Numbered from the stretch's first letter, positions 9,211 to 19,596 are shown. The stretch is DNA of 53,831 bases from Candidatus Kaiserbacteria bacterium (GCA_026713605.1 JAPOOC010000004.1:1-53831); one strand, 5' to 3'. Numbers and translations are program-made. Notes: a model not told the origin generated them from the sequence alone.

Positions 9211-10901
9211 ATAATCCATTCCACAGCAACAAAAAACTATTCAAGAGAAGAAAGAAAACACAGCACGCCCACCTGCACAAAACATATGTTGATAAAGCAA
9301 TCTCTCATGAGGAGTTCTCAGTACGAGACGGCGAGGGACACCTGCGCAGATCCATAGCAACCCACCAACTCTACTGGCTCGGTGCCGTATTTATGCTATT
9401 CGTATTAGTAATGCTATTCCGAACTGCCCACCTGCAGATCGCAGAAGGGGATCACTATACCCGCATCAGTGAAAATAATTCATTCGACCGCATGGCAGTG
9501 CTACCAATCCGAGGGAATATATATGACAGACATGGCGCACCGATTGCATGGAATGTGGGAGAAGCCGGTAACACCGTGCCAGAGCGACGGTACCCAGGGG
9601 AAGGGTTCAGTTCACTCCTTGGATTCATACGATACCCAAAGCAGGACACGGGAGGAGAGTATTACCGCCGAGAAACAGAAGGAGCCGGAGGGCTGGAACA
9701 AAAGTATAATTTTTTACTTGCCGGAGGAAGCGGGTCAATTGTACTGGAAAAAGACGCAGGCGGCAGTGTCATCTCTGAGCTCTACATAGAAGAGCCAACA
9801 GACGGAGACACAGTAGAAGTGTCCCTCGACGCAGATATACAAAAGATGCTCTACACGGCAATCAAGCAAACAGCGGAAGAGCGAGAGTTTCAGAGCGGCT
9901 CCGGTAGCATGCTGGATGTGCAGACCGGCGAGATCATCGCACTCGTGTCATACCCCGACTTTGACAATAATATACTCGTGAACCGAAAGGAGAAAATACC
10001 AAAAAACTATCTCCAAGAGCAAGATGAAGGAGTGTTTGTACACCGAGCAGTTTCCGGACTATACAGCCCCGGCTCAACCGTGAAACCATTTTTCGCTGTT
10101 GCCGCACTGCAAGAAGAAATTGTCGCACCAACCGACATCATAACCAGCAAAGGGTCTATCACCGTGCAGAACCCATACGACCCAGACATTGTATACACCT
10201 ATAAAGATTGGAAACCACATGGCGACCTCACAATGTATGATGCAATAGCACAATCATCCAATGTGTATTTCTACTATGTCGGCGGCGGCTACGGACACAT
10301 AGATAAAGGACTCGGCATTGACCGTTTGAATTTCTATGCCGAGATGTTCGGATTCGGCCGACCAACAGCCATAGGCGTATTTCATGAACCAGAAGGATTA
10401 GTACCAAACCCAAAATGGAAAAAAGAGCGATACGGTGAAGGGTGGACTATCGGCGACACCTATAACACAGTCATCGGACAGTATGCATTTCAAGTAACAC
10501 CACTCCAGCTCGCCCGCGCAACAGCAGCAATCGCAAACGGCGGCATGCTTCTTGAACCACACTTAGAAAATAACAAACAGTCAAAAAAAGTCCGACTGGC
10601 AATAGCAGAAGAAAGTTTAGCAATGGTACGAGTAGGAATGAGAAAAACAATTGTAGAAGGAACAGCAAGAACACTGCACACAGACGCATATAACCTTGCG
10701 GCAAAAACAGGAACAGCACAGGTAGGCACAGACGGTCTCCTCAACTCCCTCCTAATCGGATTTTTTCCGTATGAAAAACCAGCATACGCCTTCGTCATTG
10801 TCATGGAGCGCAGCGAACAAGAAAGCGGCGCCATAGTCGCAGCAAGAAAATTCTTCAACGCAGTGATGACCAAGCACCCACACTACATGACCGGCAAATA
10901 G
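9207..10901 (+). CDS. mrdA: class B penicillin-binding protein 2
   Basis: RGNIYDRHG, SxxK (GSTVKP), SSN, KTGT; downstream of mreBC. Confidence 0.9.
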   Translation: MNNPFHSNKKLFKRRKKTQHAHLHKTYVDKAISHEEFSVRDGEGHLRRSIATHQLYWLGAVFMLFVLVMLFRTAHLQIAEGDHYTRISENNSFDRMAVLPIRGNIYDRHGAPIAWNVGEAGNTVPERRYPGEGFSSLLGFIRYPKQDTGGEYYRRETEGAGGLEQKYNFLLAGGSGSIVLEKDAGGSVISELYIEEPTDGDTVEVSLDADIQKMLYTAIKQTAEEREFQSGSGSMLDVQTGEIIALVSYPDFDNNILVNRKEKIPKNYLQEQDEGVFVHRAVSGLYSPGSTVKPFFAVAALQEEIVAPTDIITSKGSITVQNPYDPDIVYTYKDWKPHGDLTMYDAIAQSSNVYFYYVGGGYGHIDKGLGIDRLNFYAEMFGFGRPTAIGVFHEPEGLVPNPKWKKERYGEGWTIGDTYNTVIGQYAFQVTPLQLARATAAIANGGMLLEPHLENNKQSKKVRLAIAEESLAMVRVGMRKTIVEGTARTLHTDAYNLAAKTGTAQVGTDGLLNSLLIGFFPYEKPAYAFVIVMERSEQESGAIVAARKFFNAVMTKHPHYMTGK

Positions 10902-10936
10902 TCACCGCACCCAAAGAAAGCATATGCCCCACAAAA

Positions 10937-11407
10937 TCAACAAGAGATATCAACAACAGTAGGGCGAATAACAGACCTATAATCATCAGATTGCATAGCA
11001 ATACTGGCAGTGCGCTCACCACAGTTAAAGACAATGCGCTCATTAGCAAATAGCTTTTGATCAGCATACACCGTAAGATTAAAAAGCGTGCCAAACGGCG
11101 GCACCGCACCCGGCAGTATCCCATCAGTAATGTCAGCCAACTCCTCCCGAGTGGCAAAACGGATATTTTTTGTTTGCAACACCGCACGCAACTTACTATT
11201 TTTAAACTTCGTATCACCAGGAACAACCACCTGCACAAAACCAACATCAGTTGAAAGAATAAGCGCCTTCGCCCCTTCCGAAAGAGAGTAGTCCTTGCGT
11301 ATCACCGCCATCTCCTCGCTGGTAGTACCTGCCGCATGCTCCATAAAAGAATACGGAACCCCCTGCTCATCAAGAAGTGAGCGAATAGATGAAACAATAG
11401 GATGCAT
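10937..11407 (-). CDS. YbaK/ProX family aminoacyl-tRNA deacylase
   Basis: GAKALIL, IRFATREEL, GAVPPFG, FNCG motifs. Confidence 0.88.
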   Translation of the reverse strand: MHPIVSSIRSLLDEQGVPYSFMEHAAGTTSEEMAVIRKDYSLSEGAKALILSTDVGFVQVVVPGDTKFKNSKLRAVLQTKNIRFATREELADITDGILPGAVPPFGTLFNLTVYADQKLFANERIVFNCGERTASIAMQSDDYRSVIRPTVVDISC

Positions 11408-11511
11408 ACAAAAACAGTGTACAGGGTTGCGGGGGGTTCAGGTGCGCCATATAATTCTGTTTTACTTGAAACGCTGAACCGTGGTTAACAGGTGTTGAGT
11501 AAGATAAAACA

Positions 11512-12111
11512 CTACTCATTTTCACGCTCACGCTTGAAATACTCACTCGAAATCCGTTGTTTGAGTTCAAATAGAAGGTGGGAAAAAATCGAATCTGAAT
11601 TATCTCCGTGAGGATCTGAAGGTCCTTCAGACAAAGTTCCTGCTTCAGCTTTTTCATAGGAGGAGTCATGCAGTTCGTTAGCAAGTTGTACATCATCCCA
11701 GGAAACATCGGAGAAATCAACATCTTCAAAATGGTCTGACAGAATCTGTGCCCGCTCATTATCGTTCCTATTCTTTGCGTAATAATACTCTCTCGTTCTT
11801 TCTTCTAGCTCCTGATATCCTTCGGGATATTTCCCCATCCGTGAAGAATCCTCTTGCATGTTGTAATAAAGAGTCAAATCTTCTCTTGAAGGTCTATCGT
11901 CTTCCCACAAGCCCTCATTCTTGTACGCACTGATAATCTCATCTAGCTTAAACTTTTCTCCCATTCTTTTTAAGCCGCTCTCAGTTCTTTCAAGCTCTTT
12001 TTCTTTTTCTTTAATTATTTGGGATAATTCTTTTCTCCTCTCTGCCATTAATTGATCAATTTCATTCCCCCCCCCTCTTTTTTCAATTTTTTTATTCTCA
12101 TTAAATTTCAT
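11512..12111 (-). CDS. hypothetical charged protein, AT-rich
   Basis: 199-aa ORF, E/K-rich and coiled-coil-like; composition differs from core genes. Confidence 0.7.
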   Translation of the reverse strand: MKFNENKKIEKRGGGNEIDQLMAERRKELSQIIKEKEKELERTESGLKRMGEKFKLDEIISAYKNEGLWEDDRPSREDLTLYYNMQEDSSRMGKYPEGYQELEERTREYYYAKNRNDNERAQILSDHFEDVDFSDVSWDDVQLANELHDSSYEKAEAGTLSEGPSDPHGDNSDSIFSHLLFELKQRISSEYFKRERENE

Positions 12112-12295
12112 ACTATATATAATTTCAACTTAATAATTATATAAATAGTATGCCATACCAAACGAGAAGTTACAGGAAGTTACAGTTTGGATTACCATGA
12201 AGTGCAATAATCACTAAAATTAGAATTTATTAACCACAACTTAGTACTTCAAGCGAGTCAACATCTTGTGTATTGTGAGAAATGCAGATACATCA

Positions 12296-12574
12296 CTACT
12301 TTGTGTCAATAGTCGCCATAGTACGATTCTTCGCCTTACCAGTAAAGTTTGTTTTCCGACGCGTGATAAACCGAACGACACCATCCTGCAGAGCAAACAG
12401 CGTGTGATCTTTACCAACACCGATACCTTTACCAGCAAGAATACGCAACCCCCGCTGCCGAACCAACACCTCACCAGTACGCACCTGCTGACCATCACCC
12501 CGCTTAATGCCGAGAAACTTGGGCTTTGAATCGCGTAAACTTTTTGCGGAACCTCCCGCTTTCCTATGTGCCAT
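12296..12574 (-). CDS. rpmA: 50S ribosomal protein L27
   Basis: MAHRKAGGS...[11 protein letters not shown]...LVRQRG...[11 protein letters not shown]. Confidence 0.97.
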   Translation of the reverse strand: MAHRKAGGSAKSLRDSKPKFLGIKRGDGQQVRTGEVLVRQRGLRILAGKGIGVGKDHTLFALQDGVVRFITRRKTNFTGKAKNRTMATIDTK

Positions 12575-12595
12575 AATGCTATCAGTATACAGCAT

Positions 12596-12913
12596 ATGAA
12601 AGATTTTTACAACGAATGGTATGTGATAATAGTAGTCGTATTAGTAGGAATAGGCATGTTCATGCTCGGCGGACTATTCGTACACTCACTATACAAACCA
12701 GCAAAAGCCACAGCAGACATACACCTCAAACCACTGGCAGTTGAACAACAAAACACCAACATGCGACGAGTGTACGCCTCAAAACAAGGCAAACGCTACT
12801 ACCCCTGGTGGTGCGACGCAGGCAACACCATCGCCAAAGAAAACAAAGTGTGGTACAACACCCCAGAAAAAGCAAAAAAAGAAGGATACACCATCGCAAA
12901 AGGATGCCAGTAG
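12596..12913 (+). CDS. membrane-anchored protein with Ada-like metal-binding C-terminal domain
   Basis: N-terminal TM; [14 protein letters not shown]...IAKENKVWY...AKKEGY..AKGC is a common CPR family pattern. Confidence 0.75.
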   Translation: MKDFYNEWYVIIVVVLVGIGMFMLGGLFVHSLYKPAKATADIHLKPLAVEQQNTNMRRVYASKQGKRYYPWWCDAGNTIAKENKVWYNTPEKAKKEGYTIAKGCQ

Positions 12914-12942
12914 CAAAATGAGATATACTAATACTGTAATCT

Positions 12943-13110
12943 ATGAAAGACATAACATTTCAGCACAAGGAGAACCGACTGCGCCCCGAAGTAGCCACAC
13001 GCATTGAAAAGGATAAAAAAGATTGGGAAGAAGGGCGAAGAGAAAATTTCTCAAAACCACTTACAGATACCGCAAAAATAGACACATGGCTTAATACACG
13101 AGCATCATAA
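12943..13110 (+). CDS. 55-aa ORF sharing its first 9 residues (MKDITFQHK) with ORF 16067
   Basis: Read directly from the sequence; below the ORF-track cutoff; TATACT box upstream. Confidence 0.4.
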   Translation: MKDITFQHKENRLRPEVATRIEKDKKDWEEGRRENFSKPLTDTAKIDTWLNTRAS

Positions 13111-13152
13111 GGGGGTGTTGCTTGCTAATGTTGTTGTGGCAGAATATCAACA

Positions 13153-13983
13153 ATGGCGTTACGAAAAAACAATGGAGGCGGCATTGCGTTAATATCTGGT
13201 GACAAAGCCCATAAAGTTCTCCGGTATATTGCCAAATATGACAATCAGAGTAAGAAGACATCATCTCTCATGATTTATCCTGTGAGGGGGAAAGAAGACA
13301 CCAATCCGTACATCCTCAGGAAAATTTGTTCGGGTAAGGTGGAGCGTGAGGAAGAATCAAGCGCAAGGGGTCTGAAAATAAACTTTCACACAAGCGGTGA
13401 ATATCATATATCTGGCGGTGGTTTTAATAAGGGCAAGGGTGGGGGTAATCCATATAAAGCGCAAATAGCGTATAAACCCAATGCTCCCGGCTACTACCTG
13501 TCCCTTGCAGCAATAACCGATCACACCCGATGTCCAATTATTACAAATTTGAGGCAGGAGAGGAATAAGAAGATAGATATTCTATTTGAAATGCCGCCAG
13601 GCGGGGACGGGTGTGTGTTCATTGTGTTTATACGATTGAACAAAGGCGATGGGTACACAATACAAGGAAACACTGACAGGGGTCCAGGAGGTAGTGTGAC
13701 ATTAGATCCTGAATTAAAGGAAAGAATATGGTGGTATGTTAATGGTTTTTGTGTGCGACTTGCCGGTGGAAGCGCCTTTACTCTTAACAAAGACGGAATA
13801 GTTCCACAAGTTCTCGCAGAGGACATCTCTTCGAACGGCTGCATCTACTTAGTTTTGTGTATACCAGCGATACGCAGGGATAGGAACTTAGTGAACAGCA
13901 GAACATTAAAAAATGCGGTGATAGCACAAGTAAGTGAAATGGGCAGAGAAGTCACCACCCCATCACTTGTGTTGTTGTGGTAG
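13153..13983 (+). CDS. hypothetical protein
   Basis: 276-aa ORF in the island; no motif recognised. Confidence 0.7.
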   Translation: MALRKNNGGGIALISGDKAHKVLRYIAKYDNQSKKTSSLMIYPVRGKEDTNPYILRKICSGKVEREEESSARGLKINFHTSGEYHISGGGFNKGKGGGNPYKAQIAYKPNAPGYYLSLAAITDHTRCPIITNLRQERNKKIDILFEMPPGGDGCVFIVFIRLNKGDGYTIQGNTDRGPGGSVTLDPELKERIWWYVNGFCVRLAGGSAFTLNKDGIVPQVLAEDISSNGCIYLVLCIPAIRRDRNLVNSRTLKNAVIAQVSEMGREVTTPSLVLLW

Positions 13984-14004
13984 GGACTTCTTATTTTTGT
14001 GATT
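13905..14004. repeat. dispersed direct repeat, copy 1 (copy 2 at 16476-16563)
   Basis: ATTAAAAAATGCRGTGAYAGCACAAG...GAARTCACCACCCCATCACTTGTGTTGTYGTGGTAGGGACTTCTTATYTTTGTGATT shared; 12-nt indel. Confidence 0.9.
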
Positions 14005-14127
14005 ATGCAGGAACTATCGCAACACCTTGGGCACCCTTTTCAAGCCATTCACATCTCATAGATCTCCAAATAATGTAGCAACAAGTAAATAAAATGGTAC
14101 TACTATGATTAGGTTCCCATAGGTACA

Positions 14128-15828
14128 ATGGATAACATGGTTACACTGAGCAACCTTTCTAACACATCTGCCCATATAGATTTTAGCGGTGCCTTAGCGG
14201 CATTCGGCTTAATTTTTACTGTATACCAACTTCGTAAACCCAGTTGGGAAATTGTTTTGCACATAAGAAGTTGGTGGCAGAGACACCTTGTTTGGATATT
14301 TGGTGGCATCGCCCTTTTGTTAGTGTTGATTAAAGCGGTGGCACCCCTATCTTCCAGTTTGGTTTTGTTTCTTGAGGTTGGGGCATATATCTCCTTCATT
14401 CTTTCCCCCTTATCGTTACTATATTTTTCCACAAAAACAAAGAAACTTTTTAAGGGAAGGGAGAGGAGGTTCTACGCAGAGATGAGTTCGGCAATTGCCA
14501 CAACAAATGATGACTACGCTCGCCCTGTCGTAAAAATACTGTTAGATAATCTGGATGACATCTGCCTATCCGCGAAAAAGTATTTTAATCACACGACAGG
14601 AGGTGAAAGCAAAGTGACAGAAGAAGAGAGAACAACCTCTTTAGCACGATCAGTGCTTAATGTGTTTCTAAGTGATGAATCAGTGGCGAAAATTCTTACA
14701 ACAAAAAATCTTGCCGCCCTTCGCCACCTTTTTGTTACTATACAGAAACACAATTTGGGCGATGAAATCGAAACAGGCCTCTCTAAGATATTTCACAATC
14801 TTTACAATGACAATGAATCATTCTTTTACAAACACCTTGACTATGTAGGTCTTTCAATCTCTTCCAGCATCTATAAAACCATCTTTGGTTCTAATGATTT
14901 TCTGAATAATTTTAACCCATACCCTCCTTTTTATTTTAGGGATAAACCTCCGAGTCCATTGAGTGTGAGAGTAATAGTACATGCTTTGTCTTGCGGAATA
15001 AGGACACACTTAACGAAAGGGAACGCACCTTTAAAATCCCTTAATCGTACAGCACCAAGAAATATCAACCTTGGCCTTGAACATCTTTCTGAAATTTTTA
15101 ATAGCACATGTTTAAAAATGAATATCAAGGAATCTCGCAATTCTGATGTTGGGTATTCAATGAAAGATTGGCGGGACATATTAAACACCATCGCTCTCTT
15201 TCTCGTCCACAATTACTCATTTTTAGCACGCAGGGAAAATGTGAATAAAAATGTGAAACGCATGGAGGGAGAAACTTCAGAAGCAGACTTTTACTCAAAC
15301 ATGACAATAAATGCCGGTATTGCGGCATCCTTGTGTGAAGCGATTAAATCACTTTCATGTGTCGAGAATTATAACTCCATACACTCCATCAATGTTAATT
15401 TGTTTCGCGGGTTAAGGGGGCACTATGAAAAATACAAAAAAGGATATGAGAAACCATTCGAGAATGCGTTGTGGAGAGAGATCAAAGATAATGTTGCACT
15501 TCGTGGCTATCCGGCAACATTAAGGACATATCTTGGCTTTATAGGGGTTCACCTTGTCAGCAAAGGAAGAGAGGGAGAGTGGATGAGTAACCAAATTGAG
15601 AGAGTCCGAAGATTGTTGTATATTGATTTAAAGCCTCTCATAGATAGGTGTGAAAAAATGATTGATAAAACCGACATCAAAGAAGCACTCTTACCGACTC
15701 ATTGTATGGACTACAGAAAGGGGAAATTTATTTATATATACCGCGGTGGATCGGAAAAAGAGATTGACCCGCCGAAAGATGGCGCCAAGTCCGCCTTCTT
15801 GGAAGGCATTGATGATCTAGCGCATTAA
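14128..15828 (+). CDS. hypothetical membrane protein (3 N-terminal TM segments, large soluble domain)
   Basis: 566-aa ORF, hydrophobic N-terminus, AT-rich island. Confidence 0.8.
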   Translation: MDNMVTLSNLSNTSAHIDFSGALAAFGLIFTVYQLRKPSWEIVLHIRSWWQRHLVWIFGGIALLLVLIKAVAPLSSSLVLFLEVGAYISFILSPLSLLYFSTKTKKLFKGRERRFYAEMSSAIATTNDDYARPVVKILLDNLDDICLSAKKYFNHTTGGESKVTEEERTTSLARSVLNVFLSDESVAKILTTKNLAALRHLFVTIQKHNLGDEIETGLSKIFHNLYNDNESFFYKHLDYVGLSISSSIYKTIFGSNDFLNNFNPYPPFYFRDKPPSPLSVRVIVHALSCGIRTHLTKGNAPLKSLNRTAPRNINLGLEHLSEIFNSTCLKMNIKESRNSDVGYSMKDWRDILNTIALFLVHNYSFLARRENVNKNVKRMEGETSEADFYSNMTINAGIAASLCEAIKSLSCVENYNSIHSINVNLFRGLRGHYEKYKKGYEKPFENALWREIKDNVALRGYPATLRTYLGFIGVHLVSKGREGEWMSNQIERVRRLLYIDLKPLIDRCEKMIDKTDIKEALLPTHCMDYRKGKFIYIYRGGSEKEIDPPKDGAKSAFLEGIDDLAH

Positions 15829-16066
15829 TCTAAGGAACGATATTGTGAAAACGCATAAATACATGACTTGACACACGAGCATGTCTATCTCCCAATAGTC
15901 AAACCTCGTATTACTACGGCAAGCCCCTGCCTTTTCTTTTGCGATGCACTCGTTTCCTACTTGCACTGCTACACACCGTCGACCTTGTCTTTCATATTGA
16001 CTTTATAATGTTGGTGTAGATGGATGGGGCAACCCACTGCCTGCATTAACAAGATAAAAATCAATT

Positions 16067-16480
16067 ATGAAAGACATAACATTTCAGCACAAAGGGAGCG
16101 GCATTAAGATCACCTTCTCTTCCAATGTGCCAAAAAGAACAGACCTTTCACCAGCAGAGCTGAAAAAGCATGAGGAAGAGAGTGAAATGATGGAAAGCAA
16201 AACAAGTTTTCACTGTCCTACTTGCATGTTTCACAAGCCAATAAGGGATAGGGAACTGACAATGGCACTTGATTGTGCAACAATCAATCCAGAGGTTAAG
16301 AAGTCCTTGTACGAATATCTGTGTATTCAATGTGCCACCAACATTAAAGGAGGTGCGTATAACTGGTATACATGGATACAGAAACTTATCCGCTCAGGTC
16401 TGCGTAACTGCTCTGAGGGCAGAAAAAACATGATAAAAGATGCGCATGATATGGGGTATAAGGTTGTAGAAGAAAATTAA
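16067..16480 (+). CDS. hypothetical protein with two CxxC motifs
   Basis: CPTC and CIQC pairs. Confidence 0.65.
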   Translation: MKDITFQHKGSGIKITFSSNVPKRTDLSPAELKKHEEESEMMESKTSFHCPTCMFHKPIRDRELTMALDCATINPEVKKSLYEYLCIQCATNIKGGAYNWYTWIQKLIRSGLRNCSEGRKNMIKDAHDMGYKVVEEN

Positions 16481-16563
16481 AAAATGCAGTGACAGCACAA
16501 GCAAAAGAAATCACCACCCCATCACTTGTGTTGTCGTGGTAGGGACTTCTTATCTTTGTGATT
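16476..16563. repeat. dispersed direct repeat, copy 2
   Basis: Matches 13905-14004. Confidence 0.9.
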
Positions 16564-16798
16564 GGGTTGCTATATGTGTCTGGTTTTTCCTCCCGCTGAT
16601 TAGTTACTGTCATAGTTACTCATGGTATTGCATACAAAAAAGTCAAGCATTTCACCACAAGGAAAAGTCAAGCTAGATTTTCCTTTTAACTGTAAGGCAT
16701 TCTTTAGTTTTCCAGTGGAGGATTTTAATGGCTATTATGAAGGGTTACAATAAATAAGAAAGTACTGCTTATTGGGGTCGGTGCATCGTATATTTCTT

Positions 16799-18076
16799 AT
16801 GACAAGAGAGCGTAATAAAAATACTAGTTGTTTAATAGACATGGGAACGGGTGACTATGCAGATATTGAAAAATTTTTTAATAAATTAAATGAAGATCAA
16901 AGCCACTTTGTTAATTCAAACGATGAATCAACTCCTATAGGGTGTGTTAAAGAGATGGTGGACACCATACCAGATAGTTTTTGGAGGAAAAAAAATTTAA
17001 AAATACTTGATCCTTGTGCTGGTAATGGTAACTTTCATGCATATATTTTTAATAAAAAAACAAAGATAGAAAATTTAATTTTTAATGAGATAAATGATAA
17101 GAGAGTGAAAAACATAAGAAAAATATTTGGAAATAGCGCCAATATAAGTTTAAAAAACTTTTTAGAATTTAATGAGAGCGAGGAATATGATTTGGTGGTT
17201 TCTAATCCGCCATACGCAAAGTTTAATTCAAAGGGAAGGACTGCAAAAAATCATAATCTTTCAAGAGATTTTATAAGGAAAGCGATAAAGATAACAAAAA
17301 AGAATGGCTTTATACTTTTTATCGTCCCTGATAATTGGATGTCTTTTGCAGACAGAAATGATGTAGTCGAAATTTTGAGTCAATATCAGTTTTTGCATTT
17401 AAATATTCATGGAGCAAAGAAATGGTTTCCCAAGATAGGATCTTCATTTTCTTGGTTTTTGTTGCAGAAAACAAAAAATAGCAAACCATTTACTGTTGAA
17501 AATTTTTACAAAGTAAAATCTACTGAAAGGGTAAAGATTGATCCTGGTGTTCGTTTTATTCCGCTATACTATTCACCAGTTGTAAAATCTATCATTGATA
17601 AAACAATCAATGCTGATAATGAAAAGTATCAAATTGAAACTTCAAGCGATCTACACAAGCATACAAAAAAAGATTTGCTTTCTGTCCATAAAAACAATAT
17701 ATATAGGTATAAGGTGATACATACCCCAACTCAAGTTGTGTGGAGTAAAAGACCACATAAATATCAAAGTGGATATAAAGTTTTCATATCTCTCACCAAT
17801 CAGTACAGTACTTTTATTAATCGAAATTGTGGTGCGACGCAGAGCGTTGCATTTATTCGATGTAAGAGTAAGGAGGAAGCAGAGCAAGTGAAGGGAGAGT
17901 TAGATAGCCCTATTTACTCTTTCTTAAACAATGTTACAAGATATGGCAATTTTAATAACATACGAGTGCTACAGCATTTCCCTAAAATTAGAAGTTTCCT
18001 GCTCACAAAAAAAGAAAGAAGTTTTGTTGAGACATTTAACAAAGAATATTACAAGAGGATGTCAACAAGGAAATAA
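16799..18076 (+). CDS. N6-adenine DNA methyltransferase (M.Hpy188I-like)
   Basis: Motif I ILDPCAGNGNF precedes motif IV SNPPY (gamma order); convergent with Hpy188I-like endonucleases. Confidence 0.92.
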   Translation: MTRERNKNTSCLIDMGTGDYADIEKFFNKLNEDQSHFVNSNDESTPIGCVKEMVDTIPDSFWRKKNLKILDPCAGNGNFHAYIFNKKTKIENLIFNEINDKRVKNIRKIFGNSANISLKNFLEFNESEEYDLVVSNPPYAKFNSKGRTAKNHNLSRDFIRKAIKITKKNGFILFIVPDNWMSFADRNDVVEILSQYQFLHLNIHGAKKWFPKIGSSFSWFLLQKTKNSKPFTVENFYKVKSTERVKIDPGVRFIPLYYSPVVKSIIDKTINADNEKYQIETSSDLHKHTKKDLLSVHKNNIYRYKVIHTPTQVVWSKRPHKYQSGYKVFISLTNQYSTFINRNCGATQSVAFIRCKSKEEAEQVKGELDSPIYSFLNNVTRYGNFNNIRVLQHFPKIRSFLLTKKERSFVETFNKEYYKRMSTRK

Positions 18077-18080
18077 TATT

Positions 18081-18596
18081 TTAGGTTTGCGTGCAGAATA
18101 TTGGCATTTTATCCTCCTTTTTCATCTTTTTTAAAATACTCTTCTCCCACTGTTTTGGCGGCAATGATATTTTTTCCTTTTTTCCGAATACCAATCGGTC
18201 TATTTTTGGCGCAAAGAACGCGTACACCTCCACCTCCTTTTTGAAATTTAAAAGAGATTGCAGTACAAAATAGTTTGTTGTCGAACATGTCCCTCTTTTT
18301 CTCGCCTTGCCCTTACCGCAATTATACGACTGAACTCTTTCTTTGAAATTCTGTGTAGTACTTCCAACCTTTAAAAGGTTCTTTCCTATGACGAATATGT
18401 AAACCAGCCCTCTCCGTCGCATGTCTGAATCCTTGGCATCTTCCCTTGGCATAATTTCAAGGCACTCCTTTTTGTTGTTTGGGCGTATGTTGCAAAGAGG
18501 TTTAAATTTTGACTTATTTGGAAGATCATTAAAGCCCAGGGTAATTTTCTTAAGATCATTGATTTTTAAAGGATTGTCGTTTCTATTTTTTGACAT
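18081..18596 (-). CDS. GIY-YIG restriction endonuclease, Hpy188I family (paralog B)
   Basis: GLVYIFVI...KVG...RVQSYNCG...GTCSTTNYFVLQSLL...VYAFF...E..IL...PIFCTQT matches recalled R.Hpy188I motifs. Confidence 0.88.
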   Translation of the reverse strand: MSKNRNDNPLKINDLKKITLGFNDLPNKSKFKPLCNIRPNNKKECLEIMPREDAKDSDMRRRGLVYIFVIGKNLLKVGSTTQNFKERVQSYNCGKGKARKRGTCSTTNYFVLQSLLNFKKEVEVYAFFAPKIDRLVFGKKEKISLPPKQWEKSILKKMKKEDKMPIFCTQT

Positions 18597-18605
18597 ACTG
18601 TATTT

Positions 18606-19151
18606 TTATCTTTGAGTGCAAAGCACCGGCTTCCTGCCTTCTTCTGCCAGCGCTGCCAATATCTTTCGTTCCCAGTGTTTTGGGTTTGGTTCAACATCCA
18701 TCACAGTACCAAATATATCAGCGGCTTCTGTTTCTGGAAAAAATGCATATACATCAATAACCTTACCAAGCTTAAGAAATGATTGAAGACAGAAATAGTT
18801 TGTCGTTGAATTTTTTCCTGCTATTCTATACCTTGTTTTCCCTGTGTTATATGACTGCACTCTTTTTACAAAGGGGGTGATTGTTGATCCTACCTTTAGA
18901 ATTTTCCCATCTAAAACAAAAAGATACACTAACCCACTCCTTTTATCCACATTAAAGTCATCCGCATCTGTCTCATCAATCACCTCCAACTTCTCGTCTT
19001 TCTGGTTAGGCCTTAATTTGCAGAGGAAAGAAAAGTAATCACGATATTGAAAATTCTCTAGATATAAGTCAACCTTCTCTATCTCCTCACTCGTTACAAA
19101 ATTTTCATTTCTATTTGAGTATTTGTTGGCACTATGTTTTTTCTTTGTCAT
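18606..19151 (-). CDS. GIY-YIG restriction endonuclease, Hpy188I family (paralog A)
   Basis: GLVYLFVLDGKILKVG.TITP..KRVQSYNTG...STTNYF.LQS...VYAFFPE...E..IL...PVLCTQR. Confidence 0.88.
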   Translation of the reverse strand: MTKKKHSANKYSNRNENFVTSEEIEKVDLYLENFQYRDYFSFLCKLRPNQKDEKLEVIDETDADDFNVDKRSGLVYLFVLDGKILKVGSTITPFVKRVQSYNTGKTRYRIAGKNSTTNYFCLQSFLKLGKVIDVYAFFPETEAADIFGTVMDVEPNPKHWERKILAALAEEGRKPVLCTQR

Positions 19152-19332
19152 ATTTTTAGGAATCTGTTATGCACCAAAAACCACTTTTAAATCATTGGCT
19201 GTTGTCAGATGGTTATATGATATAAGTGTTTGCTTGGAGTGTCAAGATGTTTTAGCAGAAATCCAATTCTGCTCATTAAGAAAATCAGTTTCCACACAAA
19301 AGCACTGGTACACTACTCTTAAGCAAAGATGT

Positions 19333-19596
19333 ATGAAAAACAGTAAGACAGCAGAAAGAAAGTTTTCAATGACAGTGTCTGCACCGCACACTTTCGCGCA
19401 GGAGGAGCGTGACTTTTTGTCACAGGTAGTTACAGAAGAAATAAAAAAAGGTGCTGATATTATTGTTGATGAGGTGTTTGAAGAGAGAAACGCTGATGAG
19501 TATATCCTAAGTGGCGATAGTGTGTCTGCAGAAAGGTTGGCAGAAGCAATGGCGGACTATGTTGAATGCAAAGTTGTGCTCAAAGAGGTGCAGTAG
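19333..19596 (+). CDS. hypothetical small acidic protein
   Basis: Host-like codon usage; TGGTACACT box upstream. Confidence 0.6.
   Translation: MKNSKTAERKFSMTVSAPHTFAQEERDFLSQVVTEEIKKGADIIVDEVFEERNADEYILSGDSVSAERLAEAMADYVECKVVLKEVQ

Noticed and set aside
13905-16563. Possible DGR template/variable repeat pair
   Set aside because: Mismatches are transitions in both directions plus an indel, not adenine-specific; no reverse transcriptase in the window.
16386-16613. Minus-strand 75-aa ORF spanning repeat C
   Set aside because: It overlaps ORF 16067, and the other repeat copy has no start in the equivalent frame; insufficient support.
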